A stretch of 64,000 nt of DNA from Eledone cirrhosa (lineage: Eukaryota), in the NCBI GenBank assembly GCA_964016885.1, contig OZ024743.1, positions 148,738,001 through 148,802,000 on the forward strand. The letters run 5' to 3'. Positions 26,171-39,750 of this stretch are shown here, piece by piece (position 1 is the first letter of the stretch; the number at the start of each line of letters is the position of its first letter). The position numbers and the translations under genes were made by a program. Below the pieces are notes generated by a model. It saw only the letters and a list, made by a program, of their open reading frames with translations. It had not been told where the DNA came from and did no database searches.

Positions 26171-27581
26171 CATACATACAAATAAAATGTGTAGTTGTAC
26201 ATCCATTTAAGTGTACCCTTCTTATTTCAGCTTCTATGAAACTCACATATCCCCTCCTAACTTGAGTTTTGACAAGATTCTATGTAAATATAAAATATTT
26301 ATCTCTATTTTTATAACATTGAACTGCCCTTCTTTTGTCATTTTGACACTTTCTCAAGCAACTGCACGTTTAACTGTCTGAGGAATCAGCTCTGATTCTT
26401 TGGGAATGTAGTTAGAATGTCACACGAAAGAATTGTTGGACAGAATTTACAGACAAAACCAATAAATCCTTACAAATTTTTAACTCTCTGAAAATTATAC
26501 ATTGTTTTTCATTAGAAATATGGTAAGGAATGTGTTAATTTCAAAACTATGTGATCCAAACTCACAAACTATTAATCTCTTAGTTGATTGGTTCAACTCC
26601 AATTCATTTAGCCATTCTAACACACTTATCTAGCAGTTAATATTGTTTATTTAGATTAGTGCAATAAATAAATGATTTTCAATATTTATGCCTACATTCC
26701 TTGATCAAATCTGCTAGTAGTGATAAATGCAAAAATGCATAGTCAGTGCCATGGGTGTGATAATGGGCTTAGTAAGGTTGATCCACTAGCTTGTTACTCT
26801 AGAGTTTGCTTTGTGGGCTACTGGTTCTTCTTTTTCTGTTTCTTCTTGCATAACATTACGATTGAAGGTTTTTAGATAAATGTAAACACTTGAAATAAAC
26901 AGTTTTGTATTGTAGAACTAGGGGCAATTTTAAGCAGTTTGGTATCAAAAGGATTAAAATCTGTTTATTCTACTGTAAATAGGTTTCATTGGATAGAAAT
27001 ACTTCACCCTTCTAAGCAGTAGTAGTACTGTGAAATTCAGAAGTTTTTTATAAGCATACTCTACTTAGTTTAATCTTTCCTATGATCCTGGAGAGAAAGC
27101 AATGAGAAATTATTCCAATGGTTCCTAACATGAAGACCATTTTTTCATTAATCCAAACAGGATCATGGGATCTGATGATGATGATGATGCTAATTATAAC
27201 GAAAACGATGATGATATTTTTAAGCAAAACATTCAATACATTTGCTGTTCAAGCTGTAAACCCTTTCAGTCTGTGGTTCTTCCAGCTAGATGTATAGAAT
27301 AATTTAATATCATTGGTCATAGATACTCTAATGTACCAATAATAAAATACAAGTACTAGATACACTATACCATGAAAAAGATGAGGTGGTCATGGTTGAA
27401 ATTGATCATTTGTCTACTTGATCAAGGACCAATGACTACTTTCCTCTAAAAGTGGATACAAAGCCAAGCTATTAAAACTAGAGTGAGTTAGCCATATGAA
27501 CGAATTGTAGTCATAGTGATGACCTCTTAACTGGTTGTTTAATTACTTAGGGATTCAAATATCTATACTATTTCTATATTT

Positions 27582-27747
27582 CTGGTTGGCAGTATTGGTA
27601 GAGGGTCAGACGCCATGCTTTGCAGCACAGTTACGTCCCTTTATGGACTGAGTTCAAATCCCGCCGAAGATAACTTTGCTTTCATCCTTACGAAGTCGAT
27701 AAATTATAGGATAATTGCTGGCCTTGTGCCAAAAGTAGAAACAATTA
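27582..27747 (+). mobile_element. Meta-like SINE
   Basis: Matches 1468-1657, with deletions. Confidence 0.8.
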
Positions 27748-27749
27748 TT

Positions 27750-29065
27750 TCATATTCACTAACTGCCCTGGAAAAAAGTTTAAATGTGAGTTCAAAAAGT
27801 GAATTTTAAGTGACATCTTACATTTCATATTATTGTAAGCCTTGATGAGGTTTTCCACCAATTCTTCATAGTTTCCAATGAAGACTCCCTCTTTTATCTT
27901 AGCAATGCTCAGTAAGGGGAATTTTACAAAGCTTTCCATGAGCCCCAGCTTTATGTGTAGTGGTGGTAGCAAAATTTATTTTGGTTCAGTGAGAACATTT
28001 CAGTTGAACATTTTTCATCCCAGGCTCCAATAATTGATGAGGTGGTCAGTCTCTCCTGATATAGTAGGCACCTCTTTCACAGCTGTCCCATTCACATAGA
28101 AAGCAGCAGTACTTGGTGTATCCGCTCTGCAAGCCCATCACAAGAGCAACAATCTTTAAGTCACCACAGAGCTACCATTGATGTTCATCATATTTCATGC
28201 ATTGCAACATATACTTTATATTCTTATAAGTTTCTTTCATATGTGATGCTTAGCCCACAGAAACTGATGGTTCACTATTGCCATTATGCAGCAATACACC
28301 TTTCAGACTAGTTTTTGATGAATCTATGAACAACCTCCAGTGACTGGGTTTGTATTCAATACCAAGTGTTTCCATCAGACCATTAATATTGTTGCAGGCC
28401 AATAAATCGCCTTCCATTATAAAGAAATTGCTGGACTGTTGCTGACAGTAACTAAATTTTGAAATCTTCACATCAGATTCCACTGTTGAAGATGAGAGAC
28501 TAACCGCTCTGCCTTATTCTTAGGTAGTTGTACATCCCTGACAAGGTCATGGAGTTCCTCTTATGTTATGAGATGTGCTCTAGAGGAGTGTGCTTCATCT
28601 AAATTTGGGTTACTCTATAATCCAGCACTTCCATCCTTCTCTGCTTCCTCCTCATCATTTTCTTCCTCTGACTCGAAGGATCCCAAAGTTGGGGCATCAA
28701 GAACAGGTAGACCTTCTCCATGTGGAACTGGGTGAATAACTGATGGAATGTTTGGATATTCAATGGTCTCCCTTTTCTTCTTTCACAAGCTATTTTTTAC
28801 TGGAGTCACCATGCAGAAATAACAATTGTTGGTATGATCTGTTGGCTCCCACCATGACATTGGCACAGCAAAAGGCATCCCATTCCTCTTCCTGTTCAAC
28901 CATTGGTGATGGTTAGTATCACAAGTGTTGCAGCATATATGAGGAGCCCACTTCTTATTCTGGTTGCCAATACTGCATCCAAAGTATAGGTGATATGCCT
29001 TTTTAACCAGAGTAGTTATATGGTGCTTCTGTGATGCAAAGGTCACCTCACCACAAACATATGTC
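27750..29065 (-). pseudogene. Decayed DNA-transposon transposase, Chapaev3-like (CMC superfamily)
   Basis: Fragments AYHLYFG...WAPHICCNTC, MPFAVPM.W.EP.DH..NCYFC, WRLFIDSSKTSLKGVLLHNGN, LPPLHIKLGLM and MSLKIHFLNSHL.FFP. The family name is from recollection of these motifs. Confidence 0.75.
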
Positions 29066-32000
29066 TATGTTGAAAAGTAGAGCTAACAAACAATTTAGAA
29101 TAAGTAAACTTGTATTAAGTTCAGACCATCAATCTAGACTTTGCACTGAGTGTTTAAACATGATAGGAATGGGCAAAAAAAGACCCTTTCTATAAATGTC
29201 ATAAAGAATACTAAACTTTAAATAAATTTGAACTTTCACATATGCATTTCATTGAAAAAGAAATAATTTCCTCTACCCTGTAAAGAGTAAAACTTGTAAA
29301 CTCCACGTGAATAATTGAAAAATACAATATTAATTACTGAGATATGTTATGCCACAATCTTAATCAGGAATTAAAATTACAAAGATGTACATCACCATCT
29401 CTGACTGTAAACAGCCTTTTCTCTATTAAACAGCGATAGGTCATATAGAATAATTCTACTGCACAAAATATGTTAGTGTCATCTTTACCAAATATAATCT
29501 CACCAGTTTGAAGGAAATTCTATGATGAAAAACATTTAAATATTTTATAACTACTATGAATATTAAGATTTTGAATAAAAATTATGTTAACTATTATAAA
29601 CAATAATGTAAGATTGAAAAGAGAAAGAGATATCCTAATGGTGCATTAGTGAATATATTACAATTGCATGATATGCTGTGATTTTCTTTATTGTATTTAC
29701 AAAATAAAACATGTAGTTAAAAGTCAAACATTCAACAAACCACCCTTTGTTCTTTTTGTTTTGAACGATTAGAGTATTGGAAAATCATTGTTGTTGTTTA
29801 ACCCTGGTTCAGCAGTTATCAATATGATATTTTTATATTTGCAGTCATAGCCTATGCTAGGTGTCTCATTAATTATCTTGAAAATTTATAAATAACAGTT
29901 TTAAAAAACACAAACAATGCAGAAAAAGTAGATTTAAGTTCTTAATTTGAGAGAAATGCATTTGTTGTGAGATTGGCCTATTTCTCTTTGTTGTTTCAAA
30001 TTGATGCACATACAAAATGCAAACATCTATTTTATAACTGGATATATATTTCATAAAATTATCTAATTCTTTATTCATTATATGATACATTTTGGAGGCA
30101 CTATGTCCTTTGCAGCAAGTATTAGGAACAGATCTGTGCTTTACTTGTAGATGTTGCACTACAGGGATAAAGTGTAGATCAGAGGTAGATTAACCAACCA
30201 CAAAGCAAAATAAGCACATGTTTATGGCATCAAAGGAAGAGGGAAGTATTTCACTCTGAAAAATTTAATTTTTTGCAGAATCTATATATAGGAGGCAGGT
30301 AACGAATTGACAGTCATTAGAATGTCAATAGAATGCTTTGTTCTGGCTCTCTGCTCTCTGAGTTCAAATCCTGCTGAGGTCAATTTTGCCTTTCATCCAT
30401 CGAGTGTAGTACTGGGGTTGATTCTTCTATATCTCTTTCTCACTTTCCAGCCTTCTTTAGAAGAATCTGGTAGTCAGACCTGGAGAAGAGATGGACACTG
30501 CCAGGTTTAACATGTCCAAGAAAAGCCGTATGTCAATACAACTCCACCAAGAGTTACAGGACCATGCATGGCCATGCATTGCATATATAGAGGGCATCAT
30601 AAACTTCAAGTAAGTGGGACTTCAAAAGGACTTAACCCAGCTCTGGGGTAGATATCAATCACAACAATTCAACTAGTTTTGCAAGTGACTGCAGATAATG
30701 AAGTAGATGTACAGTGACTATACTTATTGACAAAAGTAAAGCTTAAATATTTGCCCTGGTTCTTGAAAATTTCAGCTAAGTTATGTAGTATCGTTTTGGG
30801 ATGGACTTATCCTTTGATGTTTGCTCTTCTATCTTTGGGATTGTGTGTAATAATAACTGTGGTTGTGATTGTGCATGTGTGTGTGAGTCTGTATATGTGC
30901 ATGCATGAATAATCCTATATCTACAAGTAGATGCACGAGTCCTTGATATAGATGTATTTAGTTGTACATGTGTGTGTATGTGTGTAATTGTGTGTATATA
31001 TGCATGTAGGTAATGAATGTTATTCTGATTGTGAAGTTCATTAATGATTATCTTTGTATACTTCTCCCAACCCCTCTCTCTCAATATATATATGTGAATG
31101 TGAGTCTATATATGCATGCACATATATATACATACACACACAAGTGTGAGTGTGTGTGTGGTATGGATGTTATGTTTTTCTGTAAATTAAAGCATTTCTC
31201 TTGTTTTGATCTAATGCCATTAAATATTTTACTTCAAAATGTTACCTTCAATTACCCTTTCATGACAATGATGATGATAGTGATATCAGTTATGAAGGAT
31301 GATGATTATGATTAAACAGTTTGTCCTTTCCATTTGAAATGAAATGATTATTGTTAAGTAATTGCGGAATATAAAATTGAAGAAGTAAAGAAATGTCATG
31401 TAAATAAGAACTTCAAAATGTTAACAATGAAGAGAATAGCAATGGTGCTGGGGAACATGATGACAATTATTGTAAGAAGAAGAAGAAACAAAGGAAGAAC
31501 AAAACGAAGGAAAGGAAAGTAAATTTAAATTAAATTTAATGAAAGTAAGAATCAATAAAAATATTTCTAAGAAAAATATTTTAATTATCCATGCTCAAAA
31601 CTATACAAAATTGTTAGCTGTGATGATGTTTTAATGTATATGACATTGACTGTATGTGTTACTACACAAACGACCTAGTTCCTTTTAATTGAGGCTCTGA
31701 GCTTAGAAGCCAAGAAATATTTTGACACATTTTCTCAGACTTATTTTGTTTTATGTGTTGAAGCTTGAAGGAAAAGACCGAGCTGTATATAAGAAAGCAA
31801 AAATCTCCTTGAATGTTCCTTCTTCATTTTCATCAAGATTCACATGAAGAGAAAGAAAGTCCTCTCTAGAGGAAAGAAAGTGTCTGAGGCAATCTTTTGG
31901 AATTGTTGCTGATGACAAACAAACCTTAGAATAGAATTAATTATTGAAAGCTTAAGCAAAAACATGAAAAAAATAATAATAATGATAATAAAGACAAAAC

Positions 32001-32523
32001 AAATAGTATAGTTGTTAAAACCAATGAAACAAAGAATGGGTGGAGGTGGTAGTGGCAGTAAGAAAATGAGTTTCTTCTGTAGTCAAAACGGAAAGTGGTA
32101 GAAAGTAAAGCAATAAATACCATTAAGCAGAAGCAAAAACAAACAAAAAAAATACATATACAAAAAAAAAAATGTAAAGACATTCCCTCCCCACAAAAAT
32201 AGAATAAAATTAAAATAAAATAAAAAGTAAAATAAACATGAAAATACATGTTAAAATAACAAACAAAATTATAGAGCAGTAATGATAACAACAAAACATA
32301 CATACAACATACATTTCCAGCATTTGCAAACATACACACAAATATATACATCTACATAGGTCTCTTATTGAAATCTTTCAAGAATAAAACAAAAGAAAAT
32401 AACAGAGTAAAAGAAAGAAAGCTTAAACATTTTCATCGATGGCTTTTAGGAGATTCTTCATTAACAAAATAACAAAATGGTTCCACTATCATCAAAGTAT
32501 TTATACTGAACTGAAGTGTGTGC

Positions 32524-32554
<31 letters not shown>

Positions 32555-32581
32555 CATTTATTTATATATATGTGTGCGGGC

Positions 32582-32641
<60 letters not shown>

Positions 32642-32643
32642 AG

Positions 32644-32862
32644 TTATGTAATAAACAACATGAGATAATTATTTCATTTACCAGTGATTTCTTGAAGACA
32701 GATACTTATGTCTGTCTTTATTCATCAGAAACTCTGTTTTCAAATCCATATTACTATTCCATAAATAAATATTTCTTCTAATGAATGAAGACAGACATAA
32801 GTGTCTGTCTTCAAGAAACCACTGGTAAATGAAATAATTATCTTATGTTGTTTATTACATAA
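32644..32862. mobile_element. Inverted-duplicated PLE-like end with hammerhead in both arms
   Basis: Arms 32644-32730 and 32776-32862. The plus arm reads TATTTCTT-CTAATGA-A-TGAAGACAGACA TAAG TGTCTGTCTTCA-A-GAAACC ACT GGTA-AATGAAATA. The minus arm keeps CTGATGA. Confidence 0.72.
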
Positions 32863-32941
32863 ATAAAAAGCTCTCTAGCCTACATAGAGCACTCTCTTTT
32901 CCTTTATCTTTCCTACGGAAATACTTAATTTATATATATAT

Positions 32942-33339
32942 GAGAAGACCCGCCTTACCTAAATATATAGTAAAACCTACTCCAGCCAGTAGGCACTTCT
33001 AACAAAATACACCCCGTCCCACCACCACCCCGTTCTATGTAAAGTTATGTTGGTGCCGCGCCATCGAGGCCAAAACAAATGAGATCGTGTAGGTGTCACG
33101 ACAAAAAAACACACAGTCCACGCTGTAATGTGGCCGTGTAGGCAACACGGTAAAAACCTCCCAGGCCCACACTGTAAATGTGGTTGGTGTTAGGAAGGGC
33201 ATCCAACTGTAGAAAACCTGCCAGACAGTCCTATGCGAGCAAGACAATCACTCTTGCCTCAAGTGGGACTACCCCCGTCCAAACCCATGCAAGCGTGGAA
33301 CACGGACGTTAAACGTTGATGATGATGATGATGATGATG
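32942..33339 (+). mobile_element. RTE LINE 3'UTR copy
   Basis: Near-identical to the RC of 60983-61394, with a (GAT)n tail. Confidence 0.88.
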
Positions 33340-33668
33340 TATATATATGTATGTGTATATTAATATGTGTAGAAGTAAACAGTAAATCCTGTGTCTAAAA
33401 TTACGAGGGTAGATTACACCACAAATGTTATATATAATTCAACCTGAATCATATGGGATGTTACAAGATTTCTTATAAGATTTCTCATACATACCATATC
33501 AATAACCATTTCATCTCCCGGACAGACTAAAGATTTAATCTGTTTCGCCCTGAATAAATCGTGTTTGTAACAAATAATCCGTAGGCATTATAATGCTCAG
33601 TATTTATACTTTGAGCTTGTTAATTGCAGGGTTTCTATATGAGTTAATAACTCTATATTTTATTTGTA

Positions 33669-33704
<36 letters not shown>

Positions 33705-33931
33705 CACATATATATATGTACACGTGTATATATATATATGGGATAACAAGTTATTGTTATATGTAATCCAGTTAGAGGTTGTGAGTACTCTGTGTCGTGG
33801 ATAGTTTTAACGTACGGCTTTGATTGACTCAACAAGATGCTTCCATAGTTGTGCAGGTTATACTTGGCGTAATACTAGTGAAATAATGAAGAGTAACATG
33901 GTTGGCTGTAAAATAAGGGGCTTTATTTAAA

Positions 33932-34039
33932 GTACTGACAATTGTTTTGTTGATCAGGAGCTAGAGTTCGCTAATCGCTAGAAGTTGCGTCACTCGATCA
34001 CCAATACATTATTTACCTCTGGTCAACACATCAGAGTAC
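33932..34039 (-). ncRNA. Type-I hammerhead motif (decayed), same family as 24897-25015
   Basis: RC reads GTACT-CTGATGT-GTTGACCAG...CTGATCAAC-AAAAC AATT GTC-AGTAC-TTTAAATAAA. An inverted partial copy at ~34062-34163 keeps CGAAAC. Confidence 0.62.
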
Positions 34040-34183
34040 GTATATATATATATATATATCTATTAGCAAACTCTAGACTAATCTGATCAACGAAACAATT
34101 ATCAGTACTTTAAATAAAGCCCCTTATTTTATAGCCAACCATGTTACTCTTCATTCTTTCACTATATATATATATATATATTG

Positions 34184-34643
34184 GGACGATTTGATAAATT
34201 CTAACCTTACAAATTTACACCTCTCTAAGACAATGTCACTGGACTGAGATCTTTGGCGCAACGCCTTCCCTATGTACAAAGCGAAGCCTGCAGCCAGTAG
34301 GCACCTCTTAACCAAATATACACCCACTCCCACCAACACCACCTTTTCTCTGTAAAGTTATGTTGGTACCAAAACATCCAATCCAAAATAAATGAGGTCG
34401 TGTAGGTGGCACAACAAAAAACATAGTCTACGCTGTCATGTGGCCGTGTATGTATCACGGTAAAACCTCCCGGTCGACACTGTAAACGTGGTTGGTGTTA
34501 GAAAGAGCATCCAGCCGTAGAAAACCTGCCAGACAGTCCTATACGAGTGAGACATGGTCACCCGACCAATCTTGCCTCAAGTGGGACAATTCCCGTCTAA
34601 ACCCATGCTAGTGTGGAAGATAGACCTTAAACGATGATGATGA
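34184..34643 (+). mobile_element. RTE LINE 3' end
   Basis: ORF end (WDDLINSNLTNLHLSKTMSLD) plus 3'UTR and (GAT)n. Confidence 0.85.
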
Positions 34644-34655
34644 TAAATATATATA

Positions 34656-34993
34656 TCATCATCATTTTACGTCCGCTCTTCCCTGCTCGCAAGGCTGGGA
34701 CGGGTCTTATTCAGCACAGCATCTCTCCACTCGTCACGATCCTTCGTCATCTCCACCGTGAGATTCAACGATCTGAGGGCTGTTCTCACCACCTCCGCCC
34801 ATGTTTTTCGTGGTCTACCTATACCACGTCTTCCTTCAACTGGCACTTCTTCACCCATCGGTCATCCTCCATGCACATCACATGTCCATACCACCTCAGT
34901 CTCCTCTCCCGTACACTACATTCTATCCCTCTCAGACACAGTTTCTCTCTCAGCACATTCATGCTGGGTCGTTCACGCACATTTACACTGCAC

Positions 34994-35000
<7 letters not shown>
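34656..35000 (-). mobile_element. Second RTE family 3' fragment
   Basis: GIGRPRKTWAEVVRTALRSLNLTVEMTKDRDEWR, ending in GGACGTAAAA(TGA)n. Confidence 0.85.
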
Positions 35001-35075
<75 letters not shown>

Positions 35076-35295
35076 GGTTTGAAGGTTCACCACTGGATAG
35101 AGCTGGTCAATTCCGTATGGTCAATCTTAATGTAATAATATGGAGAGTACTCAACGTAAAGCAGTTCAACCGTCTTCGTTTTTGTAGTTGGTTATGCTAG
35201 TACGGAGTTAAATATTATAATAAAATGACAGGAGGCTGGACTTGTGTAAATCCTTGAAAGATTTATTATACTATGATCATTTCAATGACCGGGTT

Positions 35296-35373
<78 letters not shown>

Positions 35374-35503
35374 ATATATATATGTATATATATTCATATA
35401 TATATATATATATACATACATATATATATATGTCTGATGGTAGCTAAGATGCTTCCATAAGCGGTATGCCGGCTGAGCACTCAATGCTCTTTCAGAGCAG
35501 AGT

Positions 35504-36587
<1,084 letters not shown>

Positions 36588-36642
36588 ATATATATATATA
36601 AGAGGGTGTTAAAGTTTGCTTGAAGCATTGTGAAATGTGTAA

Positions 36643-36966
36643 AATATGTAGTTTAGAAAGCCACAACAATGCAGATGGGAAATCTCGAGGTAGGAAGTGA
36701 GTGAGAAATAGGAGAAAAGTGAACAGGCTAAGCCGGAGAAAGTTGTATACAACTTTCTCCGGCTTAGCCTGTTCCCCCCCTTTTGGAACTTTCCCCCGTT
36801 GATGGGCGTAAGCCCGAAATATTGGGATTAAATCTCCACTACGGTAACCCTTCTACCTTTGTTTTGTTTTCATTTTCGTTTCTCTCAATTTTCACTTTTC
36901 TCCTATTTCTCACTCACTTCCTACCTCGAGATTTCCCATCTGCATTGTTGTGGCTTTCTCAACTAC

Positions 36967-36971
<5 letters not shown>
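36643..36971. mobile_element. Inverted-repeat element with internal 54-bp perfect palindrome and minimal HHR variant
   Basis: Arms 36643-36723 and 36891-36971, palindrome 36721-36774, and motif TCCC-CCGTTGA-T-GGGC GTAA GCCC-GAAATATT-GGGA (36792-36827). Confidence 0.65.
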
Positions 36972-37047
<76 letters not shown>

Positions 37048-37149
37048 ACATATTATATGTATATGTATATATATATATATATGTACATATTATATGTATA
37101 TGTATATATATATATATATGTACATATTATATGTATATATATATATATG

Positions 37150-37701
37150 TAGTTTGCAATACATTGTATGCTTAATTAAAAGCATTTTGAAGACCTTACG
37201 CTATTGTTTTAGAGTAGTGATAGTCTCACTTACTTTAAATTTTCAGCAAACGGGGGGAGATAAAGCTGACAGAGCTCTGTTTCGTACTATTTGGTACTTA
37301 TTAATGCAAAGTACTCCACTTGTTTGCTGAAAATCATGAATGTTTGATTCTTATAGAATTCTAGTAATAATCAGGAACTGATTATACAGAGCGGTTGCCG
37401 GTTAAGCAGAAATTGAAAATTAGAATTGGTACTCTGAAATAGCGATATATATATATATATGAATGTATATATAGTGTATTTTGCAATACACTGTATGCTT
37501 AATTAAAAGCATTTTGAAGACCTTACGCTATTGTTTTGGAGTAGTGACAGTCTCACAACATTCATGATTTTCAGCAAACAGGTGGAGTACTTAGCTTTGA
37601 TAAGTACCAAATAGTATGAAACAGAGCTCTGTCAGCTTTATCTCCCCCTGTTTGCTGAACATTAAAAGTAAGTGAGACTGTCACTACTCTAAAACAATAG
37701 C
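37150..37701. mobile_element. Tandem plus inverted PLE-like end
   Basis: 37152-37228 is repeated at 37479-37556. 37557-37701 is the RC of ~37200-37344. Confidence 0.7.
37593..37637 (+). ncRNA. Type-I hammerhead ribozyme motif, U3-A8 variant
   Basis: AGCT-TTGATAA-GTAC CAAATA GTAT-GAAACAG AGCT CTGTC-AGCT. Confidence 0.72.
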
Positions 37702-37744
37702 TGTTTCATAGCAGCAATTCTAATATATATATATATATGTAATA

Positions 37745-38090
37745 TGTAAGAGGTGAGATGGAGAGGTGCCTCTGCGAGACTAATCGCAGGCAAACGTCTT
37801 AGTTATAAGCTTTTCTGAGTAGGTAATGATGATGGGTTAGGGGGAGTAGGCATTTTCCTGGCTGAGAGATGGATCAATAAGACAATAGAGGTAGTTCGAG
37901 TTAATAATAGAATAATTAAGCTTAGATTAGTTGCAGGCAGGAGACTACTGACAATCATCTCTGCCTATGCTCCCCAAGCAGGCCTACGTAAAGAAGAGAA
38001 AGACTGCTTTTACGAGCAACTTTTACAAACAGCCGCAATGACAGAGGACGGAGACATCTTTATGCTAGCAGGGGACTTCAATGGTCACGT
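37745..38090 (+). pseudogene. RTE LINE APE-endonuclease fragment
   Basis: EVRWRG, GNDDGLGGVGIFLAERW, IISAYAPQ and LAGDFNGHV. Confidence 0.85.
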
Positions 38091-38261
38091 CATGTATACA
38101 TATATATATGTATATATATATGTATGTATATATATATGTATATATATATGTATATATATATATATGTATATATATATCAAGATAAATTAACGGAGCCGTA
38201 GGCTCTCGTTATTCCCTGTAAATCATGTGCTCAAAGAAAAAGGAATCCTGAGCTCTTTAGA

Positions 38262-38624
38262 ATACAATATGTAGAAAGGGTAACACACTAGAGAGAGAGC
38301 GTGTGCCATCAATAAAACAGGGAAAACCACCAGTGTATGAAATATATAACCTATGGAAGGCAGGGTAGACACACAATAATTAAAAATATAAATTAAAATG
38401 CGCATACGTACCTCTATAACTATATAACACACACGTGTGTGTTATATAGTAATAGAGGTGCGTATGCGCATTTTAATTTATATTTTTAATTATTGTGTGT
38501 CTACCCTGCCTTCCATAGGTTATATATTTCCTACACTGGTGGTTTCCATGTTTTATTGATGGCACACGCTCTCTCTCTCTCTCTCTCTCTCTCTCTAGTG
38601 TGTTACCCTTTCTACATATTGTAT
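38262..38624. repeat. Near-perfect ~360-bp palindrome (fold-back)
   Basis: Centred at 38434/38435 (ACACAC|GTGTGT) with ~170-bp arms and no spacer. Confidence 0.9.
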
Positions 38625-38635
38625 GTATATATATA

Positions 38636-39133
38636 TCACAGGTAAGCTAACTAAGAACATAGATTTTATATGTGGCCGGTGGTCAGGTGCAATAAGTAGC
38701 AAGTGCCAACAGGATACTAGCTCCTTCCATTGCCCAGATGGCTCTATAGAAATAGTGGACACCTTCCGTTACCTGGGTGACAAAATCAGCAGTGGGGAGG
38801 CTGCTCTGAAAGTACAGTATCTAGAGTCAGAACGGGATCGAAAAAGTTCAGAGAGCTTATACCACTATTGGCTGCTAAAAGTTTCTCTCTAAAAATGAAA
38901 GGCAGACTGTATGATACCTGCATACGAACAGCAATGTTACATGGCAGTGAGACTTGGGCATTATGTGAAGAGGACCTGCGCAGACTGGAGAGGAACGAAG
39001 CTTGCATGCTCCGTTGGATGTGTAATAGTAATATATGTGAACGGCAAAGCATAAATGAACTAAGTGAGAAATTAGGAATAAGAGGGATCAGATTCTGTTT
39101 ACTCGATAGAAGACTACGTTGGTATGGTCACGT
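38636..39133 (+). pseudogene. RTE LINE RT C-terminal fragment lacking 3' end
   Basis: IEIVDTFRYLGDKIS, LYDTCIRTAMLHGSETW and RRLRWYGHV. Confidence 0.88.
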
Positions 39134-39244
39134 TATCCTCGTTCAACACCATATTATTCTTTTCTGCCCATTGGATAGTGTGTGTGTGTATATATATTTA
39201 TATTCACGTATATATAAATATATGGTATGCACCCAGTTCACATG

Positions 39245-39549
39245 CTAAAGTGGTTGTGTTAGTAACTTGACAAAAGGTGCTTAATATACACTGTAAAGTG
39301 GTCCTTCTGGTTCCACGAGAAAATGCACACTGCACACACTGTAAAGTGTCATTTTGTTGCCATGATGAAAAGTACCCTCTCTCCACACTGTAATATGGAT
39401 GGAATTAGGAAGGGCAACCAGCAGTAGAAACCAAGCCAGAAACAGTTCTGTAGGAGTAAGGCAGAGTCATCTGATCTGACTTGTATGAAAATTGGACAAC
39501 TCGTCTAACCCATGCTAGCATGGGAAAATGAAAATTAAATGATGATGAT
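39245..39549 (+). mobile_element. Older RTE-tail/SINE 3' fragment
   Basis: CACACTGTAAAGTG subrepeats and AACCCATGCTAGCATGG...GATGATGA. Confidence 0.7.
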
Positions 39550-39564
39550 TATGTATATATATAC

Positions 39565-39695
<131 letters not shown>

Positions 39696-39701
39696 CACAC
39701 A

Positions 39702-39750
<49 letters not shown>

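Noticed and set aside
31750-31930. Open frames on both strands resembling an exon
   Set aside because: Short, with no identifiable protein and an ambiguous strand.
33515-33600. GAAAC-long stem III-GTC on the minus strand
   Set aside because: No recognisable CUGANGA core or stem I.
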